A stretch of 63,725 nt of DNA, the filler included, from Reticulomyxa filosa (Eukaryota; Protista; Foraminifera): the NCBI GenBank assembly GCA_000512085.1. It is 20 parts of 20 records of this genome, joined end to end, with 100 filler letters (N's around TTAATTAATTAA, not from the genome) between each part and the next. Parts side by side here need not be neighbours in the genome. Positions count along the whole stretch, not along the records: positions 53,027 to 54,796 come from ASPP01006545.1; positions 54,897 to 62,569 come from ASPP01020149.1; positions 62,670 to 63,725 come from ASPP01022996.1; 17 more parts are not named here. One strand, given 5' to 3'. Position 1 is the stretch's first letter, and every line of letters begins with the position of its first letter. A program made the position numbers and the translations under genes. This document shows, piece by piece, positions 53,746 through 63,725 of the stretch. The notes beneath the pieces are model-generated. The model saw nothing but the letters and a program-made list of their open reading frames with translations. It ran no database searches and had not been told where the DNA came from.

Positions 53746-54896
53746 TTTTGTTTTATCACCAACCCAAATCAAAGGAAAAAGTACACGAAAAATGAGAAAT
53801 AATAATGGAAGGGGGAAACGTTCTCAAAAAACCAATTGAACGAAAGCTCTTGTTAAGTTTGCTTGCAGAATTTCAAAAAATCAAAACTTTAAAATAAGCA
53901 CTTGTTTTTATTTTTGTTTTTTGTTTCTTCATTAGTAAGGTAAAATAAAGCTGTATTAATTGCAAAGTCTACTTTTTATTTTTTTGGTCGTCGCCATCCA
54001 TCAGCACAAAGGAAAAAAAACTTCCTTAGATGATTGTCAAGACCTTGCGCTCTGTTTATCCAATGATAAGCAATAATATGATGCACGCCAAGTTAATTCC
54101 GATTAGTGGGACTGTATTATTATCAACAATAGAAAAAACTGAAAAGCTGCCGTCGTTCGAGTTACAAGAATAAAATTAGTAACTCTTAGGTTAATTTGAT
54201 AGATAAAAATAAATATACAAGATTTTATGCAAGAAAAAAAAGGGATAGTAACGTTGTAACAATGTGCGAGCGGAATATAACAAACTAACGATTTTTCCCT
54301 TTACACTTTGATCTTCAAAAGACGGCTGGTCCCATCCATCTGTTTTATAATGTGTCTGATATTAATTACTAATGTTTGTTTGTGCTTTGTTGAGAAAATT
54401 TACTAACATTTGGCAAGAAATCGCTTTTCATTTAACACTGCCATACTATTTACCATCAACGTGATGGCAAGAGCAAGATCGTACAAACCAAATCCCATGT
54501 GATCGAGAAAATGATTCAACAAGCTCAATCAAAAAGTTTTTCCAGGGGTTAAACAGAGAACGCAGGTGTTTTCACGTGTTGTCCGTACGTTACATCAAAT
54601 AAACTACTTCAACACCGGATCATTGCAGACCATCGTTTTATCATGGATTAGAGGCATGAAAAAAGGTATCAATGCTATTAATTAAAGCTTTTTTAGTGTC
54701 CTTTATCATTTGCCAAAAAAATATATAGTTTGTTTTACAATCAAAGTGAAACACTAAGCAGTTTTTTAAAGAACTGTGAGTTAATCCATCAAAATGNNNN
54801 NNNNNNNNNNNNNNNNNNNNNNNNNNNNNNNNNNNNNNNNTTAATTAATTAANNNNNNNNNNNNNNNNNNNNNNNNNNNNNNNNNNNNNNNNNNNN

Positions 54897-55477
54897 TTTT
54901 TTTTATACCTCCCCCCCCCCCTTTTTTTTTTTTTTAAAAAAAAACTTTGAACTTTCGAGTTTGGGACAATCGTCTGGATCAATTGCGTGTGGTCGTAAAT
55001 TTCAATGCCGGTGTTGTTTTTGTCGTCCCCTTTCTTGTCGCTTGGCAGCGCCAACTTGGTAATCACGGCGAACTTGGTGTTGGAGGGCGATGGGAAAACC
55101 GTAGACGATTTGATGCTGAAAGACCACGGCGTCTTATGGTATGCCAACAAACCCTTGTCGCTTTTGCTCGTTGTGTCCCTCGCCGGAATACTGATGTACG
55201 AGTCCAACAAAAGGCGCTTCGTTTGCTGTCGGATGTTCCTTTGTGATCGCACTAAAAACACGGATGAGGGAAGCACTGCTGACGAGGACGAGGACGAGGA
55301 CGAAGACGATGACAACTTGCTGGCAGTCTCTTTGTTAATGTTGCACAACCATCCGTTTGCTACCAACGGAACTTGACTCACCTTTTCATACAAAGACTCG
55401 ATTTCGGAAAGCTTTGTGGAAGGAAGCTCCTTCTTCACATTGAGCGAATGGGTTAGTCGTTGCAATGCTTTTTGCAT
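54897..55477 (-). CDS. APEH: Acylamino-acid-releasing enzyme (APEH)-like, N-terminal exon
   Basis: LYEKVSQVP, VRSQRNI, FPSPSNTKFAVI and GIEIYD..LIQTI follow the order of APEH N-terminal propeller motifs (SQRD, SPSG..AV, LEVW). Confidence 0.6.
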
Positions 55478-55739
55478 ATTTTATTTTATTTTTTCCCTCC
55501 ACTCTAATGATTTTAATATATAAAAAAAAATCTTCCTGGGAGCCCCCCCCCGCTAAAACTCAGTGTCAAGAGTAATTGAACAGTATCTTTTATCGCAATA
55601 CCATAAACTAATAAATAACTTTCTTTTGCAAATATTTAAACACAAAACGGAATCAAATCATTTTACTCTACACTTTTTTATGATTAGTACACTTGGCTAC
55701 TTTACTTTGATACTTTTTGTGTATATTTGCACAATAATC

Positions 55740-56065
55740 CCCACTGTATAACTGTTTGGTCTACAGAAGATGACACAATCGTATTACCATCTCGTAACAT
55801 ATATATTCCTTTCAATTTTGTATTTCTACAAATTTCACATCCATCAGCATAAGAATGTCTTTTCAATATATGTATAGTCTCTATTGATGCGTAACCAAAA
55901 CACAATTTTCTCCAGATAATAATATAATTTCATCTTTGTTAATTCTGGAAAAGTAATTTAAACATTTTTTGGACATTCACTTGATGTACAATTTTCACCA
56001 GATGGCCAAAGGCTGGTGTCAGAGTCTTCAGACAAAACAATTCAAATTTGAGATATGCAATCAGG
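55740..56065. pseudogene. Degraded WD40 fragments on both strands
   Basis: Minus strand DGNTIVSSSVDQTV. Plus strand GHSLDVQFSPDGQRLVSESSDKTIQI*DMQSG. Confidence 0.65.
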
Positions 56066-56099
56066 TAAATCATTACTTCATCGCGTTTGCCAATGATAT

Positions 56100-56703
56100 G
56101 CACCAAAGTGTAATCTTAATTCAATACAATGGAACAGATTGTGTGGGCTCAAATTTTATCCATTTATTTCTTTTCATGGAATATTTGCATATTTCATCAG
56201 TTAGATTACACGACAAATTCCATCCACCAAAAAATATATATTGCCATCGATACACACAAATGCTTACGAATTGGATGATTTAATTGTTGCGCAAGTCCTT
56301 ATCTTGCTAAATCCCAATACATTATTACTTTCATCAATTGTGATTAATAATCCTGTTTTTTCATAAAATAAAACCATTTCATTCAGCGATATTCCATTTT
56401 TTGCAGTTGTCAAATGCATATTGTCCACCAAAAGATAACAAAATGATATCATTTGAATCATTGCTATTCATACACTTCACCACACAGCGCTCAAGTAATG
56501 TTAAATTACTTGGATAAGAGTAAATGTATTTATACTTGTTTTGATGGCATGGTAGGAATAGCAGTTGCTGTTTTTGTAACCCCCTTCCTACAAATGAGAA
56601 TTTCATGCCTGTGAACTATATATTGATCACCGACAAGTGGAGTAAGTAAAGAATTCAAAATCTCAACAAGCGCTGCAGTACCTAAATTTACACTCGTAGG
56701 CAT
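56100..56703 (-). pseudogene. Kelch-like pseudogene with internal deletion
   Basis: VHRHEILIC, CYSYH, IILLSFGG, EMVLFYEKTGLLI and IYFFGG..KYS..NKW match 61185-62306, with stops and frameshifts. Confidence 0.8.
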
Positions 56704-57435
56704 TATATCATTCATTTTATTTCTGAACTTTAACTTTTTCAACAATTTGTTTTTTACCCTGTCTAGTTTTCGGCAACTATTTAAAAATTTACATTTTATG
56801 ATTCATTTGTTGGGTCACCAGCTTTCACGTACAATTGAATACGCCAACAAAGAAAAATGCATTGTTGTTGTGCAACATAATGTGAACGTTGTTTGTCAAT
56901 GCAAAATGCAACGACGTTTTATTTTTTATTTCAAATAAAACAAAATTGTTACCCGTTGCTTACAAAACTAGAAAAAAAAAATCTGAAGAAATCAGACGTC
57001 CACAAAAATAAACGTCGTACGTTTTGCATTTTAACTATTGAAACGGAGTGGTCCACAAAAGAGATTTAAACCTAATCATTGAGTTCGGAAGGTAAAATAG
57101 AATTTAAATAAACACTATATTCTCAAAAAGAAATAAGATGACCGAATTGGAATCCACTGCGTTGCTAATGTATTAATAATTCAGAAAACTTATTGATTAT
57201 CTTTTTTTGGTTTTGGTTTGGAGTCCATCTCATTTTTAAAGCAAGTCATATAAATATGTTTCAAATGCTGATTTTTCTCACTTATTGCGGTGCAGAAACA
57301 AAATTATGCGAAATACGACAAATTGAACTTTAGTAGTGCCCCTTGAAGTTTTGAAAGAACAAACAAAAAGCAAAAAAAAAAAACAACTTCTGTAGTTCAT
57401 TTAGTGTCTGTTTTAAGATTTGAAAAATAGAAAAC

Positions 57436-59393
57436 ATGCCAATTGAGTGCAAAGATTGGCCAACAGATGGTTGGTATTGTGGTCAAAAAGGGAGCAGTGA
57501 CATACATTATGGGGGTATGGGTGTAAACTGTGCTCAATGTGGTAACGGTTGGAAACAGCGAGGCTGGTTTTGTGGCTGTCAGTGGGAAACAAAACAACAG
57601 CTCGAAGATCAAATTAGAGTGTTAGCAAATTCCAGAGCCATTGCAGAGATGAAAGTTTTACTTTTGTTTTTTGTTGTTGTTTTTTTTTTTGCATCAAAGA
57701 ATGAAAATCTTTAAAAACAGGCAAAGGAAAAAGACGAAGAGTTGAAAAGGAACGAAGAAGAGTATAAAAAAAAAATGGAGGAATTGAAAAGAATGGATGA
57801 GGAAAGCGAACAATATAGAAACCAAATACTTCGAGAAGAAAAGGAAATAAATAAACAAAAAGAAGAAGAGCTACGACGTCGAAAAGAATTGGAGCAACAA
57901 CAGCGTGAAAGAGAGGAGGCACTGCGAAAAGTGGAGCCACCAGCAGCTGGTCAAGTATTTGGAATTGTATGTGATTCGAGAGGAAATGGGATAAAGGGCC
58001 TGTCTATCGAATTGTGGAATGATAAGGGAATGATACCTGTAGAATCCGATGCAGAAGGAAGATTTATATATACCAATTTGAGTCCAGGAGAGTACACAAT
58101 TAGAATCGATGATAATGCTTGGACCAAGCAAAATAGAGTCATTTGTATCCCTGATGGTGGCTCCATTACCGAAGAGATTACGTTATCGCGAACCAAGGCT
58201 ACGCAATCTGCAAGTGATACGGAAATTAAAGTTACAGCAGATAGCAAAGCTGATATCACGGTAGCTGCCAACTCGCTTAAAAATTTAGATGGGACTCCAT
58301 ATTTTGGAAAGGTGAATGTGTTTACAGCAACAATCGATGCCACTTCTCCAGCACAAGTGAGAACAATGCCCCATTTCCGAACCAGTATCGATCCAAATGG
58401 TCCTCTCTTAGAAACTGGTGGTGCAATATTTTCGGTATTCACGGATGAGTCTGGAAGACTCTTGGAAGCCACAAATGTTCGTGTGACAATACCTCTATCC
58501 AAATATGACCCGGATATGGGATTATGGTATATGGGCTTGAATGATCGAGTTTGGAGACCACTGAAAAATGTGACGAGAAGATCTGGTGTCCTTTCAGGCA
58601 CATTCTCAGGATCAGGATGGGTTAACGCAGATAAGCGATATCCTCCCAAATGGAGAAATTCAAGATTGACAGACAGAAAGGGAAGAGGTATACCTTTTGC
58701 AACTGTGACAAGTAGCGGAGTGGGGTATGCGAGCAATTATGTAACTAGAACGGATAGAAAGGGATGCTTTCAAATACCAAGTTATAAAGGAAGAGATGTT
58801 CAGTTAGACATTTCGTTGGGTCATGACAAACTTTCAGATTCACTCCAAATTAATCCTTTGAAAAATGAGCCCATTTCATTGGATATTATTATTGCTCCAA
58901 GTCAATCCCAATCTCAAAGTGACGATAATCTTGCCAAGACTACCATTGATCTAGTGCCATTGATACCTGGACCTCAACAACGTCGTGATATCCTTGTTAT
59001 TACCACGAGATCTTTACAAAAGTATGTCGATTTTGCACATCGTATACTTCGTTCCTACGGAAATTTGACTATCATTGGGCAAGATAAATGTAAGTATACG
59101 TATACACCTTAGGGATCTATTTTTTTATTTATTTTTTTTTTTTTACAAAAAAATAAAAAAACGGAGCTGTTCTCAATAAAAAGGAAACTTTTTTTTTTTT
59201 TTTTTTCAAAATAAAAGATATGGATAAAACACACGCATTGGTTGAGCGATTACGTAATCAAGGCGTTAAATTAATTGCAAACGAAGAAATAAAAAACAAA
59301 ACGGTGCCATATGGTTTTTACAGTCGTCGTGATGAATGCCGAAAGGTACAACCCAGGCCGACAATTGTATTTCACTTCGAGCAAGGACAGTAA
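57436..59393 (+). CDS. Multidomain protein: Cys/Trp mini-domain + coiled coil + carboxypeptidase-regulatory/CILP-FAM171-like beta-sandwiches + Alba-like domain (587 aa)
   Basis: Exons 57436-57654, 57721-59089 and 59218-59393 splice in frame through GT-AG introns with no internal stop. Domain calls are by motif resemblance. Confidence 0.8.
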
Positions 59394-59687
59394 CTTTTAT
59401 TTGCAATTCGTGCATTGTTAGTAAAAAAAAAAAACCATTTGAAACTGTTCTCAAATTTCTCCAAAAAAAAAAAAAGTCTGTGCTTTAAATAACGTTTTCG
59501 TTATTTTGAGTATTTTTTTCATTAGTACAATAAATAAATCTTAACTTGAAAATTTTTTTTTTCTAAAACTTGGGAGTCCTTTTTCACTAAAAAACTCAAT
59601 TTTTTTATATTCTTGAAATTGTACTGGAAGAAAGTTATATTTTTTGGACCCACAATTGAGCGTTGTACTAACAGGCTGTGTGAAAGA

Positions 59688-60903
59688 ATGACTACTACAA
59701 CTTCCATAAACACAATCTCGAAACAGAATAGCACGTGCAGCACATATCCCGTAGATTTGATTTGTTACAAAAAAAAAAAAAAATCTCAATTCTATGTTGT
59801 GACGTATCCACTCAAAAAACAAAACAAATAGAGCGAAAAGGAAGCATCATTAATTTTGACGAATTGGATTCGATGCTCTCTATTTATTGGGGATGGATTG
59901 ATGACTTCAACAAAATTATTGCGAAATATGTTTAGTGATAACTTAACTTATTTGCTTTATCTTTTTGAAAAGTGGGAAAAAAAAAAAAAAAAAAAAAAAA
60001 AAGAGCAAATTTAAAACAGGCCAAATACTTTAAGTTATTGCAAATCTTCGAAGGACATTCAGATACAATAAATAGTGTAAAATTTTCACCAGATGGCACC
60101 AAAATTGTTTCTTCTTCTGATGATGGAACTATACGAATATGGAATATTGGATCCACAAACAACAATTAAAATATTGAGAGGAGAAGCAAATGCTATAGAC
60201 AATGCTCAATTTTCACCAGATGGAAATACACTTTTGGTATGCTCAAGAGATGAAATAATCCGATTATGGGATATACAATCTGGCGAAGAAATTAAAAAAT
60301 TTAAAGGACATTCCGATAGTGTCACAAGTGCTCAATTTTCACCAGATGGACAAAGTATTATTTCATCATCATGGGATCAAACAATACGATTATGGGATAT
60401 AAAATCAGAACATGAGATGAAAAGAATACCAGGACATTCACATTGTATAAACGATGTACAATTTTCATCAGGGGGCCAATTACTTGTATCAGCAGGAGAT
60501 GATAAAAAAATTAAAATTTGGAATATGAAAACAACTAAAGTAATACATACACTGAAAGGCCATTCGCATCATGTCTTAAAAGCACAGTTTTCACGAGATG
60601 AATGTTTTGTCGTATCATGCTCAAGTGATAATACATGTCGGATATGGGATGTACAATCAGGAAGAGAATTATTTAAATTGAAAGGGCATTTTCATGTTGT
60701 AACAGATGTGAAATTTTCATCAGATAGTCAAACTGTTGTATCTTGTTCATATGATAAAACTTCGATTGTGGGACGTAAAATCAGGAGAACAAATCCAATC
60801 ATTGGAAGGCCATTCTGAAAATATAACAGGAGTTGATACTGCACCAAATGGTAACATAATTGTGTCATGTTCTAATGATAAGACCATTCGATTATGGGGA
60901 TAA
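59688..60903 (+). pseudogene. WD40-repeat gene with adaptor exon and three frameshifts
   Basis: Repeats of GHS..V.S..FSPDG..I.S.S.D.TIRLWD. Frame breaks near 59873, 60160 and 60760. Family-typical TIRLWG* end at 60903. Confidence 0.75.
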
Positions 60904-61184
60904 TTACAGTAAATAAAACAATGTTGTTTTCATCTGCTATTTTTTTAAAAATGAATTGTTGAAAGTTTGCTCATGCTAAAAGAATTATAATGTTTATGCT
61001 TGAAATGTCCTTCATCATTCATTATTGATTTTATAATCAATTATTTCATTATACCAAATTAGTACAATTATTTTACAGTTTGAGGAAATGTCAAACCACT
61101 GCTCTTTTTTTTTAAAGTTCCTCAATGTAAAAAAATTCAAACCCCCCCTTAATCATTATCAAAGTGTAAATAATATTCATTTAA

Positions 61185-62508
61185 ATGGGTACAAGTGCTA
61201 CGAAAGCGCAAAAATTTACGGATATGGACGATGCAAGTCCTTTTCAAACTGTAGCTTCTTTGCCAATTCCTCTTCGACATGCGCAATGTGTTGTTCACAA
61301 GCATGAAATTCTCATTTGTGGTGGTTATAATCATAATGTATGCTATTCTTATCATACAGTTAAAAACCAATATAAGCGTATTTGTTCGTATCCAAAGTAT
61401 CTCGAGTTAACTGGACATTATGTTGTGAGACACGTGACTAGCGACAGCAAAAATGACAAGGAAATACTTTTGTTGTCCTTTGGGCAATCTGGATATGAAA
61501 AGAAGTATATATTGGCGATGAGGTATATTAGTGTTTGGGAAAAAGATAAAAATAAGAAATTGAAAAACAAGCACAATAAGTGGCAGTTTCTAACAGACAA
61601 TAACGATCAAGCGATTACCATTGTAGGGAATGAAGACAATTTCGTAGGAGCACGTGCAACAATTGGCGGTGAAAATAAGCACTTGTTGTTTATTACCTAT
61701 TATCCAAATAATATTAGTGTATATAATTTGAACACATGGCAATACGTCAAACATGCAACCTTGCCAGTTGACTCAATACTGATAAGTCATTGCTTTGTGT
61801 CAAAAAACCATAAGAAAAAAAAGTCAAGCGAAATGATGTTATTTAATCAACGTGTGGGACTATCAATTGAATATGATGAAGACAATAATGTGTTTAATTT
61901 TCAAAAGGTACGAGTTTGTAAAACAATTGGACAGCTTTGTTTTTATGGATACGTCTGTGTCAACAATTCCATTTTATTTTTTGGTGGAAAAAATGGTCGT
62001 GGTGCAACTGTAAATGAAGTCTATCAATATTCAATTTCTGATGACAAATGGACAAAATATGAGCAAACTTTACCCATGGCGCTGAGAGATTGTACGGTCG
62101 TATTGAGTGATGATAATGCATTTGTACATATTATCGGTGGGTTTGATGGTGAAAATAAGCTTGCGATACATATGAAAGCTGATGTGAAGAATTGGATTAG
62201 AGGAGAACAGCAATTGATGATTGAAGACCAAGAAATTGTAGATATTGAAAAGATACATATGGAATTAGAAGGAATGAATCACGACTTGGATATTAAAAAA
62301 TTGAAAGTTTTGCAATTTCAAAATTGTTCAGTTTTTTTTGATTTGATAATTATGTCGATGAAAGAATATTGTGATATAAAGGTACAAAAAAACAAAATAG
62401 AAACAAAAAGAAATTGAAAAGATCATTGAATATTGGATGCGTTCATCATCAATTAATAAAATGGGATGGATTCCTGATTTCAATTTCATTGTTTTACGTT
62501 ATATTTTG
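61185..62508 (+). CDS. Kelch-like propeller protein followed by the adaptor-motif exon (continues past the contig end)
   Basis: GG-containing Kelch blades (ILICGG, ILFFGG, VHIIGG..). Intron 62307-62400, then exon 62401-62508 KEIEKIIEYWMRS..MGWIPDFNFIVLRY. Confidence 0.85.
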
Positions 62509-63353
62509 GTATATATTATTATTACTATTTATTATTATTATTTATTATTATTATTTATTATTTATTATTNNNNNNNNNNNNNNNNNNNNNNNNNNNNNNN
62601 NNNNNNNNNNNNNTTAATTAATTAANNNNNNNNNNNNNNNNNNNNNNNNNNNNNNNNNNNNNNNNNNNNTCCATCTACAAGTTTAGATTTATTTTTGGGA
62701 AAAAGGTCTTTGCAATACTTCAATTTTTTTAAATATTAAAAATCTTGATAAATAAAAAAAAAAAAGTAAGACGCTGGTATTATTGTCCAATTTTTTTCAA
62801 TTTCACCACGTTTTTTTTATGATGAAGTCATCCCTTTACTTCTTGGACGGCGGTCAAAAGAATGAATTACGCTTTGTACTACCCAACTTAATTATTTCAA
62901 CTTTTCAAGTCAGAATAGTTTTATTTGTATCCATGAAAATTCATATTCTTCAATTTTGTAATATTGGAATTGCTTTTTCTTTTACTGAATTTACGATAGA
63001 CTGTATTATTTATGATGTGATAAAATTATTATATAGTTTATATGAATTTATTCACGAAAAATCAACATTTTTCAATAATATTCCAGAAAAAAACAAAATA
63101 AAACTTGCAATGTTTTTAGTTTTTAATAATGATTAACTTTTCAAAAATGAAAAATACACAATTTTTCTACTTTTATTAAAAACAAACTACTTTTGATTCC
63201 CAGCATGCACATATCATTTAAAAAAAAATTTTACAAAATATTAATCTTTCATGAACATATGCTTATGTGGATTCATTTTAAGACTGCCTATTGTGTTTAG
63301 GTCACCGAAGACAGCATACAAAACTTTCAAATAGTTGCAAATTTTCTTAAAGA

Positions 63354-63725
63354 TCAAATCTTCCCTCCACGTTGCTCTACAAGCAGTGCCTGTTGAGACG
63401 TTAAGCCGTTGGAGTCTTTCCAAATACTACCTTTTAATGACAGACCGCTTTGAACACCTGCTCGCCAAATACATTTCGTTGAGCATGTATTGATTGAAGA
63501 TTGCGTTTTCTTGGATTGTTCACGATTGACAATGTCTTCAGCCACAATCTCCACATTTTTCCCATCGACATTGGACTCAATACTCCACAACCGAATTGTT
63601 TTATCTACAGAACATGATACAATTTTGGAACCATCAGGAGAAAATTGTACATCCATTACCCAATTGGAATGCCCTTCTAATACTTGAAGTTGTTTTCCTG
63701 ATAATGCATCCCATATTCGGATTGT
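63354..63725 (-). CDS. WD40 protein C-terminus with STAND (NACHT/NB-ARC)-WD40-type tail
   Basis: TIRIWD..LEGHSNWVMDVQFSPDGSKIVSCSVDKTIRLW, then CIWRAG..LSLKGSIWKDSNGLTSQQALLVEQRGG*. Confidence 0.8.
   Translation of the reverse strand, partial: TIRIWDALSGKQLQVLEGHSNWVMDVQFSPDGSKIVSCSVDKTIRLWSIESNVDGKNVEIVAEDIVNREQSKKTQSSINTCSTKCIWRAGVQSGLSLKGSIWKDSNGLTSQQALLVEQRGGKI

Noticed and set aside
1-63725. Operon-like or defence-island clustering of ubiquitin, RNA-repair and receptor genes
   Set aside because: The genes lie on separate contigs joined arbitrarily, and the organism is a eukaryote.
1-63725. tRNA, rRNA, snRNA genes, telomeric repeats, transposase or reverse transcriptase ORFs
   Set aside because: None were recognisable by eye. 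The GGTTCGA hits lie in coding or pseudogenic DNA without a cloverleaf. A covariance-model scan was not possible.

Overview
This is not one locus. It is 20 short draft-assembly contigs joined by an artificial 100-nt linker (44 N + TTAATTAATTAA + 44 N), so adjacency across linkers has no meaning. The DNA is eukaryotic, AT-rich and intron-rich, and uses the standard genetic code. Its expanded WD40, Kelch, RING/TRAF-zinc-finger and Tudor-like families, poly-N/(EN)n tracts and many pseudogenes strongly resemble the foraminiferan Reticulomyxa filosa (inferred, not searched). Recognisable genes, many partial: an OCA1-like phosphatase, a LENG9-like MJ1316+2H phosphoesterase, a Tudor-like protein, a UBR1-type N-degron E3, PEX3-like, a CTFxP-repeat protein, coiled-coil proteins, a La-related protein, a RING/TRAF-ZF protein, an SLC35F transporter, SEC20, several WD40 genes, a LONRF-like RING, an HDHD3-like HAD hydrolase, an HS6ST-like sulfotransferase, ALYREF-like, APEH-like, Kelch, and a NACHT-WD40-type tail. 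There are also RluA, Hsp60, Kelch and WD40 pseudogene relics. The five best leads are: (1) a 3-exon, 587-aa gene (57436-59393) joining a Cys/Trp mini-domain, a coiled coil, CILP/FAM171-like beta-sandwiches and a C-terminal Alba-like domain that only appears after splicing; (2) a roughly 190-bp dispersed TG..CA element with a tRNA-Gly-like PBS palindrome and a possible TSD, in two copies; (3) a phase-0 cassette exon encoding an approximately 34-aa adaptor motif reused in WD40 and Kelch genes; (4) introns with T-rich 5' halves and A-rich acceptors instead of polypyrimidine tracts; (5) chimeric pseudogenes. All family calls come from motif recognition by eye. Many single-base frameshifts sit in homopolymers and may be sequencing errors.
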